Positions 26,004 to 37,693 of a stretch of 64,000 nt of DNA are shown here, piece by piece. The position numbers and the translations under genes were made by a program. Below the pieces are notes generated by a model. That model did not search any database. It saw nothing but the letters and a program-made list of their open reading frames with translations, and was not told the origin of the DNA. The stretch's first letter is position 1. Each line of letters opens with the position of its first letter. This DNA comes from Rhizophagus irregularis (Eukaryota): positions 1,116,001-1,180,000 of the forward strand of contig NC_089434.1 of the NCBI RefSeq assembly GCF_026210795.1. Reading direction: 5' to 3'.

Positions 26004-29000
26004 ATGTCATCTCAAGATGATATTATATGTAAAAGCTGTGATAAAATATGTACAAATATTATGTTTAAATGGTGTAGACCATGTGCAATAAATAACTTAA
26101 AAAAAAATTTCACGAACTGGACTAGTGGAAATGAAAAGATTGATGATTTTATTCAAAAAATGCAATTAAAAATTGAAAGTTATGATGATATAATTGTTGA
26201 ATGGATACCTTATGACCAATTTAATAATGTTAAAAAAACAAATAAAAATGGTTTTGCTACAGCAATATGGAAGGATGGTTTATTAGAATATAATGAAGAA
26301 GAAATGAAACGTATAAGAATATCTAATATAGAAGTTTCTTTAAAATGCTTGATCAATTCACAAAATGTTATTAATGAATTTTCAAATGAGGTATGAAATT
26401 TTTATTTTTTGTAATTTAACCTTTAAAAATAACTTTATTATAACAACTTTTATATTTAAAAGGCCAAAGCATATTCCATTAAATACAGTAAACTACATAA
26501 ATATAACCTTGATATAATGGATGGTATTCCTAAAATATATGGAATATCCCAAAATCCAGATACAAATGATTATATTGTAGTACTTAATAATAGTTATTGT
26601 AAAGAATGTAGTGAAATATATATAGAAATATGGTCAAAATGGTGTAGACCATGTCAAATAAATAATTTAGAATTAAATCATAGTGGAAATAAAAAAATTG
26701 ATGAATTCATTCAAGAAATGCAATTGAAAATTGAAAAATCTAGTGATATAATTGTTGAATGGATACCTTATAACCAATTCAATAATGTTAAAAAAATAGG
26801 CAAAGATGGCTTTGCTACAGCAATATGGAAGAATGGTCCATTAGAATATAATTATAATAAAGAAAAGCATAAGTATGAAAGAAAATCTAATAAAAAAGTC
26901 ACTTTAAAATGCTTGAATAATTCTCAAAATGTTATTAGTAACTTGTTAAATGAGGTATGAAACTTCTACTTTTTGTAATTTAACCTTTAAAAGTACTTTA
27001 TTATAACAACTTTTATATTTAACAGGCTAAAACATATTCCATTGAAAAATATAAACTTGATATTCCTGAAATATATGGAATATCCCAAAATCCAGATACA
27101 AAAGATTATATTATAATTCTTTGTGGTTTTTGTGAAAATTGTGGTGAAATATACATAAATATATATTGTCAATTTTGTAAATCATGTTATTTAATACAAA
27201 ATTTTGCTAAATGGACTAGTGGGAATGAAAAAATTGATGAACTTATTCAAGAAATGCAATTAAAAATTGAAAAATCTAGTGATATAATTGTTGAATGGAT
27301 ACCTTATAACCAGTTTTATATTATTAAAGAAATAAGCAAAAATAATTTTGCTAGATTATATTTGGCAATATGGAAAGATGGTTCATTAATATATAATTTC
27401 AATAAAAAAAAGGGTATTTATGAAAGAAGTTCTAATAAAGAAGTCATTTTAAAATGCTTGAATAATTCACAAAGTGTCATTAATGACTTATTGAATGAGG
27501 TATTGAGACTTCTAATTTTTTTGTAATTTAATCCTTAAAAGCACTTTATTACAACAACTTTTATATTAAACAGGTTAAAGCATATCCCATTAAAAGAAGT
27601 GAATATAAATATGATATTCCTAAAATATGTGGAATATCCCAAAATCCAAATACAAGTGAATATATTATTGTATTTAAAGATGGTCATTATTGCAAAAACT
27701 GTGGTAAAATATATACAAAGATAAGTTTAGAATGGTGTAAACTATGTCATATAAATGGTTTAAGACAAAATTTTGTAAATTGGACTAGTGGGAATGAAAA
27801 AATTGACAATTTTATTCAAAAAACGCAATTAAAAATTAACAATTATAATGATACAATTGTTGAATGGATACCATATAACCAGTTTAATAATATTAAAGAA
27901 ATAGGTAAAGGTGGATTTGCTACAGTCTATTTAGCAATATGGAAAGATGGCCCATTAGATTATCAATTTGATGATAATAAACATATAAGAACACCTAATA
28001 GAGAAGTTGCTTTAAAATGCTTACATAATTCACAAAATATAACTAATGAATTTTTAAATGAGGTATGAAATTTATTTTTTTAGACTTCATTAAACACTTC
28101 TCAATAATAATTGTTTTTACTTTTTGATAGGTTAATGCATACTCTATTAGTAATAATAATGGAATTCTTAGAATATATGGAATATCCCAAAATCCAGATA
28201 CAAATAACTATATTATTGTACTTGAATATGCAAATGGTGGAAATCTTGATAATTACAATAATAATATCATTAGGAATCATAATTGGATTAGAAAATTAGA
28301 TGTATTAAGTAATATTGTTAGAGGTCTTAACATAATTCATGAAAATAAAGTAGTTCATCGTGATTTCCATACAGGAAATATATTGGTATCATTTAGTTAT
28401 AACAATTCTGATGGCTTTACTGGAGATTCTTCTAGTCATATATATATTTCAGATATGGGATTATGTGGAGAAGTTAGTAATATAGACAAAACAAAAATTT
28501 ATGGAGTTATGCCATTTGTAGCTCCTGAAGTATTAAGAGGAAAGCCATATAATCAAGCAGCAGATGTATATAGTTTTGGTATGATTATGTATCATATTGC
28601 AACTGGAAGACAACCTTTTGCCAATTGTGCTCATGATAGTATTTTAGCATTAAATATATGTAATGGAATTAGACCTGAAATAAATGAACAAGAAGCACCA
28701 AAATTTTATATTGATTTAATGAAAAATTGTTGGGATCCAGATCCAGATAAGAGACCAAGTGCTATTGAAATATATGAACTCAATAATTTGTTTCATAGTT
28801 CTATTTTTGAAAGTAAAGATAATGAAATTAAAAAGCAAATTAAAAAAGCGGATGAATATAGAAAAGCAAATTTTTTATCTACTGGAAATGGTCAATCAAT
28901 TCATCCACAAGCTTGTTATACTTCTCGATTACTCAATCAATTTACAAAAGATCTTTCAAAAGATGTTACTGATTGTTTAGACTGTATGATTAATGATTGA
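26004..29000 (+). CDS. TKL-like Ser/Thr/Tyr protein kinase with four tandem Cys-rich/N-lobe modules (5 exons, 903 aa)
   Basis: Exons 26004-26390, 26463-26954, 27026-27499, 27574-28062, 28131-29000. All introns are GT-AG, phase 0, and the spliced frame is open. Motifs IGKGGFATVY, VALK, VVHRDFHTGN, ISDMG, APE, ADVYSFG, CWDPDPDKRP. Confidence 0.92.
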
Positions 29001-30103
29001 ACTAAAGCTATTATAAATTACTATTATTACTTATTTATATTGTTTTAATCAGATAGTTAAAATTAAAATTTATAAAAAAAATGTTGATTCGTGTATTATA
29101 TTTCTGTTTTTTCCATAAATGTACCATTTTTACAGAATTTTTATGAAAGACATGGAAATATTCGGATGAAAATTTTTTATGGGGCTATTGAATGTTGGTA
29201 TAATAATATTTGATGATATTTAACATATTCATTATTTCATTTTTATTTTTATTTTCTTTTAAAGTGAAGACTTAAAATTCTGTTTATTATATTATCATGT
29301 TTTGAAAATAAAAATTAATTATTATTATTACAAAAATTATATTTCCCACCATAATCATCATTATGCTAGTAATATAACGTTATAATTTTTTCATTTATTT
29401 GTTATTCTGTATTATTAGTAGTTTAGCCAAATTGCTTTCATTAATATACTTATAAGAAACAGTTTATATGTATGATTTTGGTATAATTATATATTATATC
29501 GCAATTAGAAGATAATCTTTTTGCAAATTGCGTTCATAATAATAGTTTTAGCAACTAGTGTACTTTTGGATATAGTGAGTGAGTTTATTTTTAAAGTATA
29601 CTAATAATACTAATAAATTAATTTTATAACAATAGATTGTGTTTAGTGATATTTATAAAAAAAAATTTCAAGAGATTTTTTTTTTTTAATAAGAATAGTT
29701 TGGTATAAAAATTTTCTAGGATTTTTATTTAATAACAATATATATATCAGTATAGTACAATAGGGTTAACCATTCAATAAATAGATATAATAAATTTTTT
29801 TTTTGGGGATTCTTTCTTTAATGACACTAGATTGGTATAGTACAATAGATAGGTATAATAAAAATTTTCTAGGATTTTTTTTTTAATTACAATAGATCGG
29901 CAATAGACATTATTAACTGAAGTTAATAATTGTTTTTTAGTAAGATTTTTTTTATAGTTCACAGTAACACTAATATTACTAATAAGTAATGATAATAAAA
30001 GATTTTTTATAACAATAGATTACATTTAATAAGGTAAGGTTAATAAATAAATTTTCTGAGATTTTTTTTTTTAATAATAGAATGGTATAGTACGCCACTG
30101 GTC

Positions 30104-30485
30104 TATGGAAAGCCGTCCTTGACAAAAGGTTGATATCCAGACATCATGTTGGATAATGTCTAGACATCATGTTTGATATATGTAGAATAATGTTTGTACA
30201 TCATTCAACATGATGCTCAAGCATCAACCGACATGATGTCTTAGACATGTTACCAAATATAGTAAATTTTATTTTGTGTAACTCATAAATATACTATATT
30301 TGGTAATTTGATCAGCATGATGTCTAGACATCATGTCGGTTGATGTCTTTCACATCATGTTAAATAATGTACAAACATCATCCTACATATATCAAACATA
30401 ATGTCTAGACATACCATCATGATGTCTAAATATTATATTTCATGATGTTTGGACATCAACCTTTTGTCAAGGACGGCTTTCCATA
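30104..30485. mobile_element. Foldback (almost fully palindromic) non-autonomous TIR element, 382 bp
   Basis: TATGGAAAGCCGTCCTTGACAAAAGGTTGAT / ATCAACCTTTTGTCAAGGACGGCTTTCCATA. Arms pair inward as far as TTACCAAATATAGTA / TACTATATTTGGTAA. CTGGTC is duplicated on both sides (30098-30103, 30486-30491). Confidence 0.9.
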
Positions 30486-30934
30486 CTGGTCAAATGATGA
30501 GGTATCAGCCAGATTTCATATACCTGATATCTGTACGATATATCATGTATAGTGGTCCGATATGTTAACGATTTATGTCTCACCTATGTTAGGTTACATA
30601 CAAGTTACATATCGGGTTGTTGCATATCATACTCTCATAATCATATCGGTATCTTGATATTTCAATGATATTTATATTATCAAAATACGATGTTTCATTA
30701 ATTATATCCTAATATCTCATGTTATATCCCGATATTTTGCTGATTTTTATGTGTATTGTATATTATTATATTTATTTTATTTATTTAAAACTAGATATCT
30801 ATTTAATATATGCGTTACATTAATATTTTATCTTTCTAAACTATGTTGTTAATGGTTTAGAACATTGTTCCAGTTGGTTCAATTCCAACAAACAACTTCT
30901 AATATCTCATCGCGTCTACGTTTCCTATCCAAAA

Positions 30935-31530
30935 AACCTACAAAAACAAGAAGGCATTATTAGTTTTGTCTAATAGCACCATTATCACACCATTTAATAA
31001 AGAACCTATGTATCATGATAAATGTTTCGCCACAAAATTGTTCAAAAGCCTAAAAAAACAAATTAAATAATGGTGTTAGTACTACAATTAACACCATCTC
31101 ATAATTATCCAAAGAAATTTACTGACCACGTTCAAGAATCATCCAGAAATCTAAAAAAAATAAGAAAAAAGCGTTAACTTTATTAAATTATACGCCATTA
31201 ACATCCACACAAAGAAACCTACTACGAATTGTCCAAGAATCGTCCAGAAACCTAAAAAAAGAAGAAATAAATAGCATTAGTACGATATTAATACCAATAA
31301 CGCTCACCCAAAATAACTTACCGCAAAAATTGTCTAGAATCGTCTAGAAACCTAAAGAATAAAAAAAAAGCATTAACAAAGTTTAATAATGCCGCTATTA
31401 ATACCCACCCAAAGAAACTTACTGTGAAGAGTTATTTCAGGAACCTAAAAACAAAAAAAAGGCATTAATTTAGTTTAATAACGCCATTAACACACCCAAA
31501 AGACCTACCGTGAAGAGAATCTGCTAAAAG
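30935..31530 (-). repeat. Tandem ~100-bp intron plus micro-exon array
   Basis: On the minus strand, repeated GTA(A/G)..YTAAY..TTTTAG units separated by related exons of 22, 30, 29 and 28 nt (31444-31423, 31351-31322, 31251-31223, 31150-31123). Confidence 0.75.
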
Positions 31531-32020
31531 AATTCATTCCTGTTGTTCCCGTAATACCACAACGGAATGCATGTATGAATTTCGTTTCTAAAAGCAAAAA
31601 ATATAAGTAAATAACGGAAAAATATGTTTTGTAATATATTTTGTAATTTCCGTTTTTACCTTCCAAGCTCTGACTTTTAACTTAAAAATAAAAATTAGTT
31701 TTTTTTTTTGAAAAAAAAAAATAGATTGTCGGATCATCAGTAAATCAGTTTAACTGAAACCGCAGTTACCAATAATCCAATAACTGTGACCCAGCCATTT
31801 CATAGTCCAGTATGCCGAAAGTCAAAACCCCATATTGCCGAAATGAGATGCTGAAACCTTTCAACATAGTTTCAGTAGTCGATTTGTAATTTCGTCCAGC
31901 GTTCCCTATAAAAGAAAGAAACATTAGTCATGTTTCTAAAAATCAAAAGAAAAAACGTTAAAAAAAAGATAAAACTACCCTCCCATTTACCTTTCGCCCA
32001 AAGTCCGGTTCCTGGCGTTC

Positions 32021-32269
32021 TTACAAAAGAAGAAAGAAATGTTGGTACGTTTCTTTAACACAATTGAACGCCATATTCTCCCCTATATATTTAAGTCCAA
32101 AAGTAGCCTTTTCTTTATCACTCTGCTCTAATTTTGCAAGTCTGGCCTCATTCTTTTCCATAGCCTGTCTTAACTTAGCATTTTCAGCTTTAACCTTGGC
32201 ATTTTCAGCCTTAATCTCGTCATTATCAGTCAGGAGCTTGATGACGTATAGTTCAGATTGCATATTCAA
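32021..32269 (-). pseudogene. Coiled-coil N-terminal fragment (MQSE...KAENAKVKAENAKLRQAME...RLAKLEQ), probably repeat-associated
   Basis: Heptad KAENAK repeats. The ORF is short and runs into intron-like sequence, and lies within the 30.1-33.3 kb repeat complex. Confidence 0.45.
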
Positions 32270-33061
32270 TAACGCCTTTCATATAGAACATGATTTATTT
32301 AAAATGCATTTTACCTAAGTAGTCTAACTTTTTTTATTTTCCATATCCCACGAAAATATACTTGATACAGTGTTTTCGGCTTGAATTCTTTATTGATGTA
32401 GTAAATAAATTACATGATTCTGCTTGTAACCGTGATACATAAATTTACGAGCGAAATGGTGTTTCTACAGTTAATACTTGCGGTTCACCTAAACTATTCA
32501 CACTAACATATTATCCCAACAATAATTTCATGATCTTTCATTTATCCTATTACTCGATGTTCTAGATAGAATAAAGTATAAAACGGTCAATAGTTATTAC
32601 ATACTCGATATATGCAGTGTCGGAAAATAAATCAACAGTTAATAACACTAACCTTATAAGTCCCGTTAAATTTTATGTTGTTTGATGTTAGTAAGGTCCA
32701 CGAAGAAAAATATTTATTAATTTGTAGACTCTGAGATCGTTCTTCTTGTAAAAGCATAGCCACAGCTGAAATATTCATACATTAATTGCGTATTATCGCA
32801 TCCAGGCTTCGTGACGGCTTGGTACTTGGTAGTTGTATATATGAATCTTAACATAGTTAACCGCTGCGCTTAAATATTCCTGACAAAGCTACAATGTTAA
32901 TTTATCTTGATTAAAAAAAAACAAATATTTTCTTCTCAAGTTGACCATCGGGTTGTGGATTAAAACTGGTATATAAAACTCAAGAATCTATAACCATAAT
33001 AACCATAAATAAGTTTTTCTTAATAACCATTTTTAGAAAAATGCGTTAAAGATGTATTTAC

Positions 33062-33202
33062 CAGGTTCTTCCAAATTCCTAAGAGTCCGATAACCTAAAA
33101 AATGAAAAAAAGAAACGTTAGTACGTTTCATTAACACAATTAGACACCATACCCTCCCCCATATATTACCGGGTTCTTCCAAGTTTCTAGGAGTCCGGTA
33201 AC
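33062..33202 (-). repeat. Two duplicated 33-nt micro-exons (33202-33170, 33094-33062)
   Basis: TTTTAG|GTTAYCGGACTCYTAGRAAYTTGGAAGAACCYG|GTAA occurs twice, separated by a 75-nt intron-like spacer. Confidence 0.7.
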
Positions 33203-33925
33203 CTAAAAGAAACAAAAAAAAAATTTATTTTTTTTTAATTAAATGAAAAAAAGCGTGTTTGTAGATTATCAACGACCAGTTAAAAAACTGATCAGGGCTT
33301 AACTGAATAAAGAAATGCCAAAATTGTGCAGTTTCAGCTTGCCGAAATCTAGTTGCCCATCCTTATTTTTAATATTATTTAAATATTTTGGGTCAAAAGG
33401 AACTACACTAGAGTGTATTTCCTTCAAAAATATTATCTAATTATTCCAATTTTATTAAATGTATTAATACTAAGAAACATATGTTCTATTATTGTAAATT
33501 GGATTGAAACTAACAAACGTTTACATCCTCTCAGGATGATCAACCGCAGCAGATCGCGTTTTCTTTTTTCTTAAACTGTATCTTTTTTTCGGTCTAATAT
33601 TTTTTTTGATCCTTTTTTTTGACCGGATCTTTCTCTTTATAATAATCTATGCTATTACTGTATTTTTTTATATATGTATATTATCGTTATTATTTATTTC
33701 ATCTTTAGGCTTAGATCTGTGATCAGTGATCGGATCAATCAGATTGATGATGTAAGCGTGATTTTTTACTTTTAATGATTTTTTTCTTATTTTTTTCATT
33801 TTTTCACCTCTTAGGTTTGGAATCGGCGATATAATCAAAATAGAATATTTTTTTATTGAATAAATATGATTTGTAAGTATTTTTTTTTACCTAAAAATGA
33901 AAAAAAACATGTTAATATTAGTTTA

Positions 33926-34006
33926 TCTACATATAAAACAAAAATTTTATTGTTATATTGATTTAAATTCATTTAATCCTGTTGCAACGCAACAAACTAC
34001 AGCTAG
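33926..34006 (+). mobile_element. Minimal non-autonomous Helitron (or the 3' end of a longer one)
   Basis: A|TCTACATATAAAAC at the 5' end, GTTGC-AAC-GCAAC hairpin at 33981-33993, CTAG|T at 34003-34007. Matches the canonical TC...hairpin...CTRR layout at an A|T site. Confidence 0.65.
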
Positions 34007-34405
34007 TTATAAAATAAATTTATTATTTATTCTATTTATTCTAATTTAATTATTTAAACATTTTAATTTATAGAATTAATCATTTAACATTTTTAATTTT
34101 ATTTAATTATGTGAGTTTATAATTATTTAAAAATCAAGCTGCAGTAACAGAAAAAACATATAAGATAATCACGAACAAACTCATCTCTTAAGTTTTATCA
34201 TAATAATATTGTTAATCAAAGATGTACGGTTCTGGACTGGTCCTGAATGAAAAACCAGTCTATTTGAAACCAGTCCATTTGCATTTATATATTTGTCATG
34301 AACAAAAAAAAATCTCAAATAAATAAATAATTTGTTTTAGAAAAGCAAGTTTTAAAGCAACTTTAATCAATCAGTTGTAATAATTTTACAAATATTACAA
34401 ATATC

Positions 34406-36647
34406 TTATAACTTATCAATATTCCATATATAGTCATCATTATCATCAAAGTCAATAACTAAATCACTATATCTTCGGACTATAATATTATGTAACTTGA
34501 ATTCCCTCACTTCATCTTTCAAATCAAACAATTCTCCATTTTTAATATTCTTAATAGCCAAATACTTGACTCTTTTTTCCTTCATAATATATTTCTTTAT
34601 GTAATTTAAAATATCATCACTACCACTTTTTAGTTTTATTAACAATTTATTAATAAAAATATACTGAGAATTTTCTAAGAATACTCTAAAATCACTTTCT
34701 TTAATAGTAAAATCTAAACTTATGTAATCTAATTTAGAAGGGAGAATTTTCCCTAGATTTTTTAATATGATTGAACTACAAGTTGAACAGGGTTCAACTG
34801 GACATATTTTGATTATAAGATAATTGAGACTTTGTTTAATATTTTTAATTAAATTGATTTTTTGATAAGTAGAAATCTCACTTTCAAATTCAACAAAATA
34901 AAGAAAATTGCGGTTATGCCTTACAGTGTCCGGTCTGATGATCTTTCTGAGTCCAGTCATGTCAATTTTTAGTACAGTCATGTGGATTTGGGTCCGGACC
35001 CTCGGACCATGCGGTCCGATGATCCGCTTAAAATCACTTGAGTCCGATTAATTGGAAAGCTTTGATCTACACTGGATTTTTTTTTGCCATTCGCTTCATA
35101 ATGAGTCATTAAAAAAAAATATTTTTAATTTAATGAGATATTACTATTATGCCATAATGAATAATTATAATGTCATTAATATTATATAATTAATAATTTT
35201 AATTAATAATTTCAAATTTGTAAGCCTTCCAAATGAAATATTTCTTTCAATTTTTCATGTATTTAATTTTATAAAGAAAAACATGGATGTAATTAACATT
35301 ACTGAAAATAATAAAAATAATATTACATTTAGTTCACTAATAGAAATACCAAATGTTAGTTATAAAATTTTCGTGTCAATATTAATATTGATGTTATATT
35401 TTATAATAATATTAAATACTATTATAATTGTAATTATTAAATTCAAGAAATGTAGATCAGATCAGTCGTGTAAATTTAGTTCAGTCCGATTGATCAACAT
35501 CACAGGACTCGGCACAATTAACTCAGTCCGATGGTAGTGAAGTCCGATCAAAGTTTAAATTCAATCCGCATCAAAATTCACATGACTGTGCTAAAAACTG
35601 ACATGACTGGACTCAGAAAGATCATCGGACCGGACTCAGTAAGGATATACTCAGAAAATTGATATTGTTACAATATTTTAATAATTGTGATATATCATGA
35701 TTAGTACAATAAATTGTACTACACCCGAAATTTTTTAAATAATCACCAGATTTTAGTAATAATTGTTGCAATGATTCAATTTGTGTTACCTCATTTAAAA
35801 TTAAAGATTTTAATTTAAATGGTTTAGTCAAATTAATAATTTGTTGAGTAAAATAATTATTTAAAGAACAATTAATGATATGAATGGATTCTAAAACATT
35901 TAATCGTTCAAATACTTTATCAAGATTGATTACTACACTAAAATCGACGTCATAGAAAATGATAATATTTAAGGTATTTGACCAATAATAATCTTTTGAT
36001 AATAATAATTGACATAAAGATAAAAAATTTCCATATATTAAAATTTTCTTAAGATTTTGATGTAAATGAATTATTTGTGATATATGGTTATTAATTATCG
36101 TATTGTCGTTATCACCTCTGATATAATTAACTTTCAAATTTCCAATATTGTGAATAAAATTTTGATTTTGCAAAATTAACTCAAGAATTTCATTAAGTTC
36201 TCTGTAATAAATAATTGCGGCCTTAATTTCAAGAGTATGTAAATTTACTTCATTTTTAATAAAAATTTTAAATAGTGACATAGTAATAAATCTCTCAAAA
36301 TTTTGTTCAGAAACACCTGTTCTAATTCCGAATTTTGAATTCCTAGCAGAATCAAACCACTTAGCAACAGAAATGAATAACTCAAATGTATTCAAATATT
36401 TTAAAAAACAATTGAACGTATTATTAATAATTTTATATTCATGATTTAAGTAAATTTCAATAAAATCATATTTTCCGGTATGAAATGAAAATGGATTTTC
36501 CCATAATAATGGAATTACTAAACGACACAATAATCTGTTAACAAAAATGCATGAATGTAAAGTTGAAAAATCATTCTGAAAATATTTTATAATTTCGTAA
36601 GTTAATTCAGCAGGTAAATCTCCTAAAAATAATTTTGAACACGACAT
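34406..36647 (-). pseudogene. F-box (plus RNI-like) protein interrupted by a MULE-type MITE
   Basis: F-box start MSCSKLFLGDLPAELTYEIIKYFQNDFSTLHSCIFVNRLLCRLVIPLLWENPF. Joining 36647-35653 to 34901-34406 gives one open 496-aa frame (CNNINFL-YFVEFES). Confidence 0.9.
34911..35652. mobile_element. Mutator/MULE-type non-autonomous element, 742 bp
   Basis: 9-bp TSD AGAAAATTG (34902-10, 35653-61). TIRs of at least 70 bp (CCTTAC..GTCCGGTC.GATGATCTTTCTGAGTCCAGTCATGTCA..). AT-rich interior. Confidence 0.92.
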
Positions 36648-37318
36648 GTTGTAATTTAAGGGAGCATGTCATGAGAGTTAAACGAGTTGGGTAAATTATA
36701 TATGATTCTGATGTCGCACAACTCATATAATTCATTCTTGATTAATATGCTACTCCTAATTATCTAAGCATATTAAACATTTAACTAAAATTATAGTTTT
36801 ATCAAAATTTACTTACGCTACTTATTTTTTGCTCTGTATGTATGTCTGTAAATATTTTAAAGTTTTATTTATTGTGTTAAACTGGGTAAATTATGGAACA
36901 ATGATTCCAATTTATACAATTCATTCTGACTAATTGTGTGTAACATGTTTCAATAATTAAGTACAGATTTAATTAAGCTATGGAACGAAAATCATTGTTG
37001 TTTAAGAATTATGTATAGTGAAACAATTGAAACATGTATAAATTTTGTAAGTTTAATAATTTTTGTGTAGCATAATTTTGTTTTGTTTTGTTGCACTATG
37101 TTATAGTGCTAAATTTATTAATTTATAATTATTTAAAACTGAAATTAAACCCCAAAAGTTAAAATATTTTTGCTTGAAGGTCAAAAGTCAAATTAAAAGT
37201 TCAAAATGGCCGAATTAACATTATATCATATAATGATTAAACAATATAAACTTTGAAATTTAATAGCTTCGTCATTATCGATCCGATTGCAATTATTTTA
37301 CAACCATTCGAATTAATG

Positions 37319-37490
37319 AAACTTGATTTTTCGGTTCTCATAACATAACAATTTTGAAAATGATCCGGCAACCCGGTTTTTAATTTTTTATTTTAACTTT
37401 TAAAAAGATCTCACCCGGTATAATAGTAATAATAAATTTTTTTACAAAAAACTGACCCGGCCGGGATACGAGAACCGAAAAACTAAGTTT
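37319..37490. repeat. Short inverted-repeat element
   Basis: AAACTTGATTTTTCGGTTCTC versus GAGAACCGAAAAACTAAGTTT. No clear TSD. Confidence 0.5.
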
Positions 37491-37693
37491 GTATGGCCTA
37501 ATATTGTGATTTCAAACTATATTTTTTTTCGAAATTTGAATTCAGAAAAGAATATAATACAATAAATAAAATAAAAATGTATTGAATTTACATCTAAAAT
37601 ACAAATAATATAAAATACAATATATTTATAAAGTCTGTAAAACTTAAATAAGTAATATAAAGTTTATAATATACACAAGTATAATGTCCTTCT

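Noticed and set aside
30935..31530. CRISPR-like repeat-spacer periodicity
   Set aside because: Eukaryotic context, repeats diverged and variable in length, spacers homologous to each other and intron-shaped, no cas genes.
34911..35652. ORF 35283-35537 and the N-terminus of ORF 34406-34981
   Set aside because: Both lie in the MULE-type MITE and are not part of the F-box protein.
36657..36700. TTAA-GGGAGCATGTC as a Kolobok/piggyBac-type terminus upstream of the F-box gene
   Set aside because: No matching opposite terminus was found, so the element cannot be delimited.
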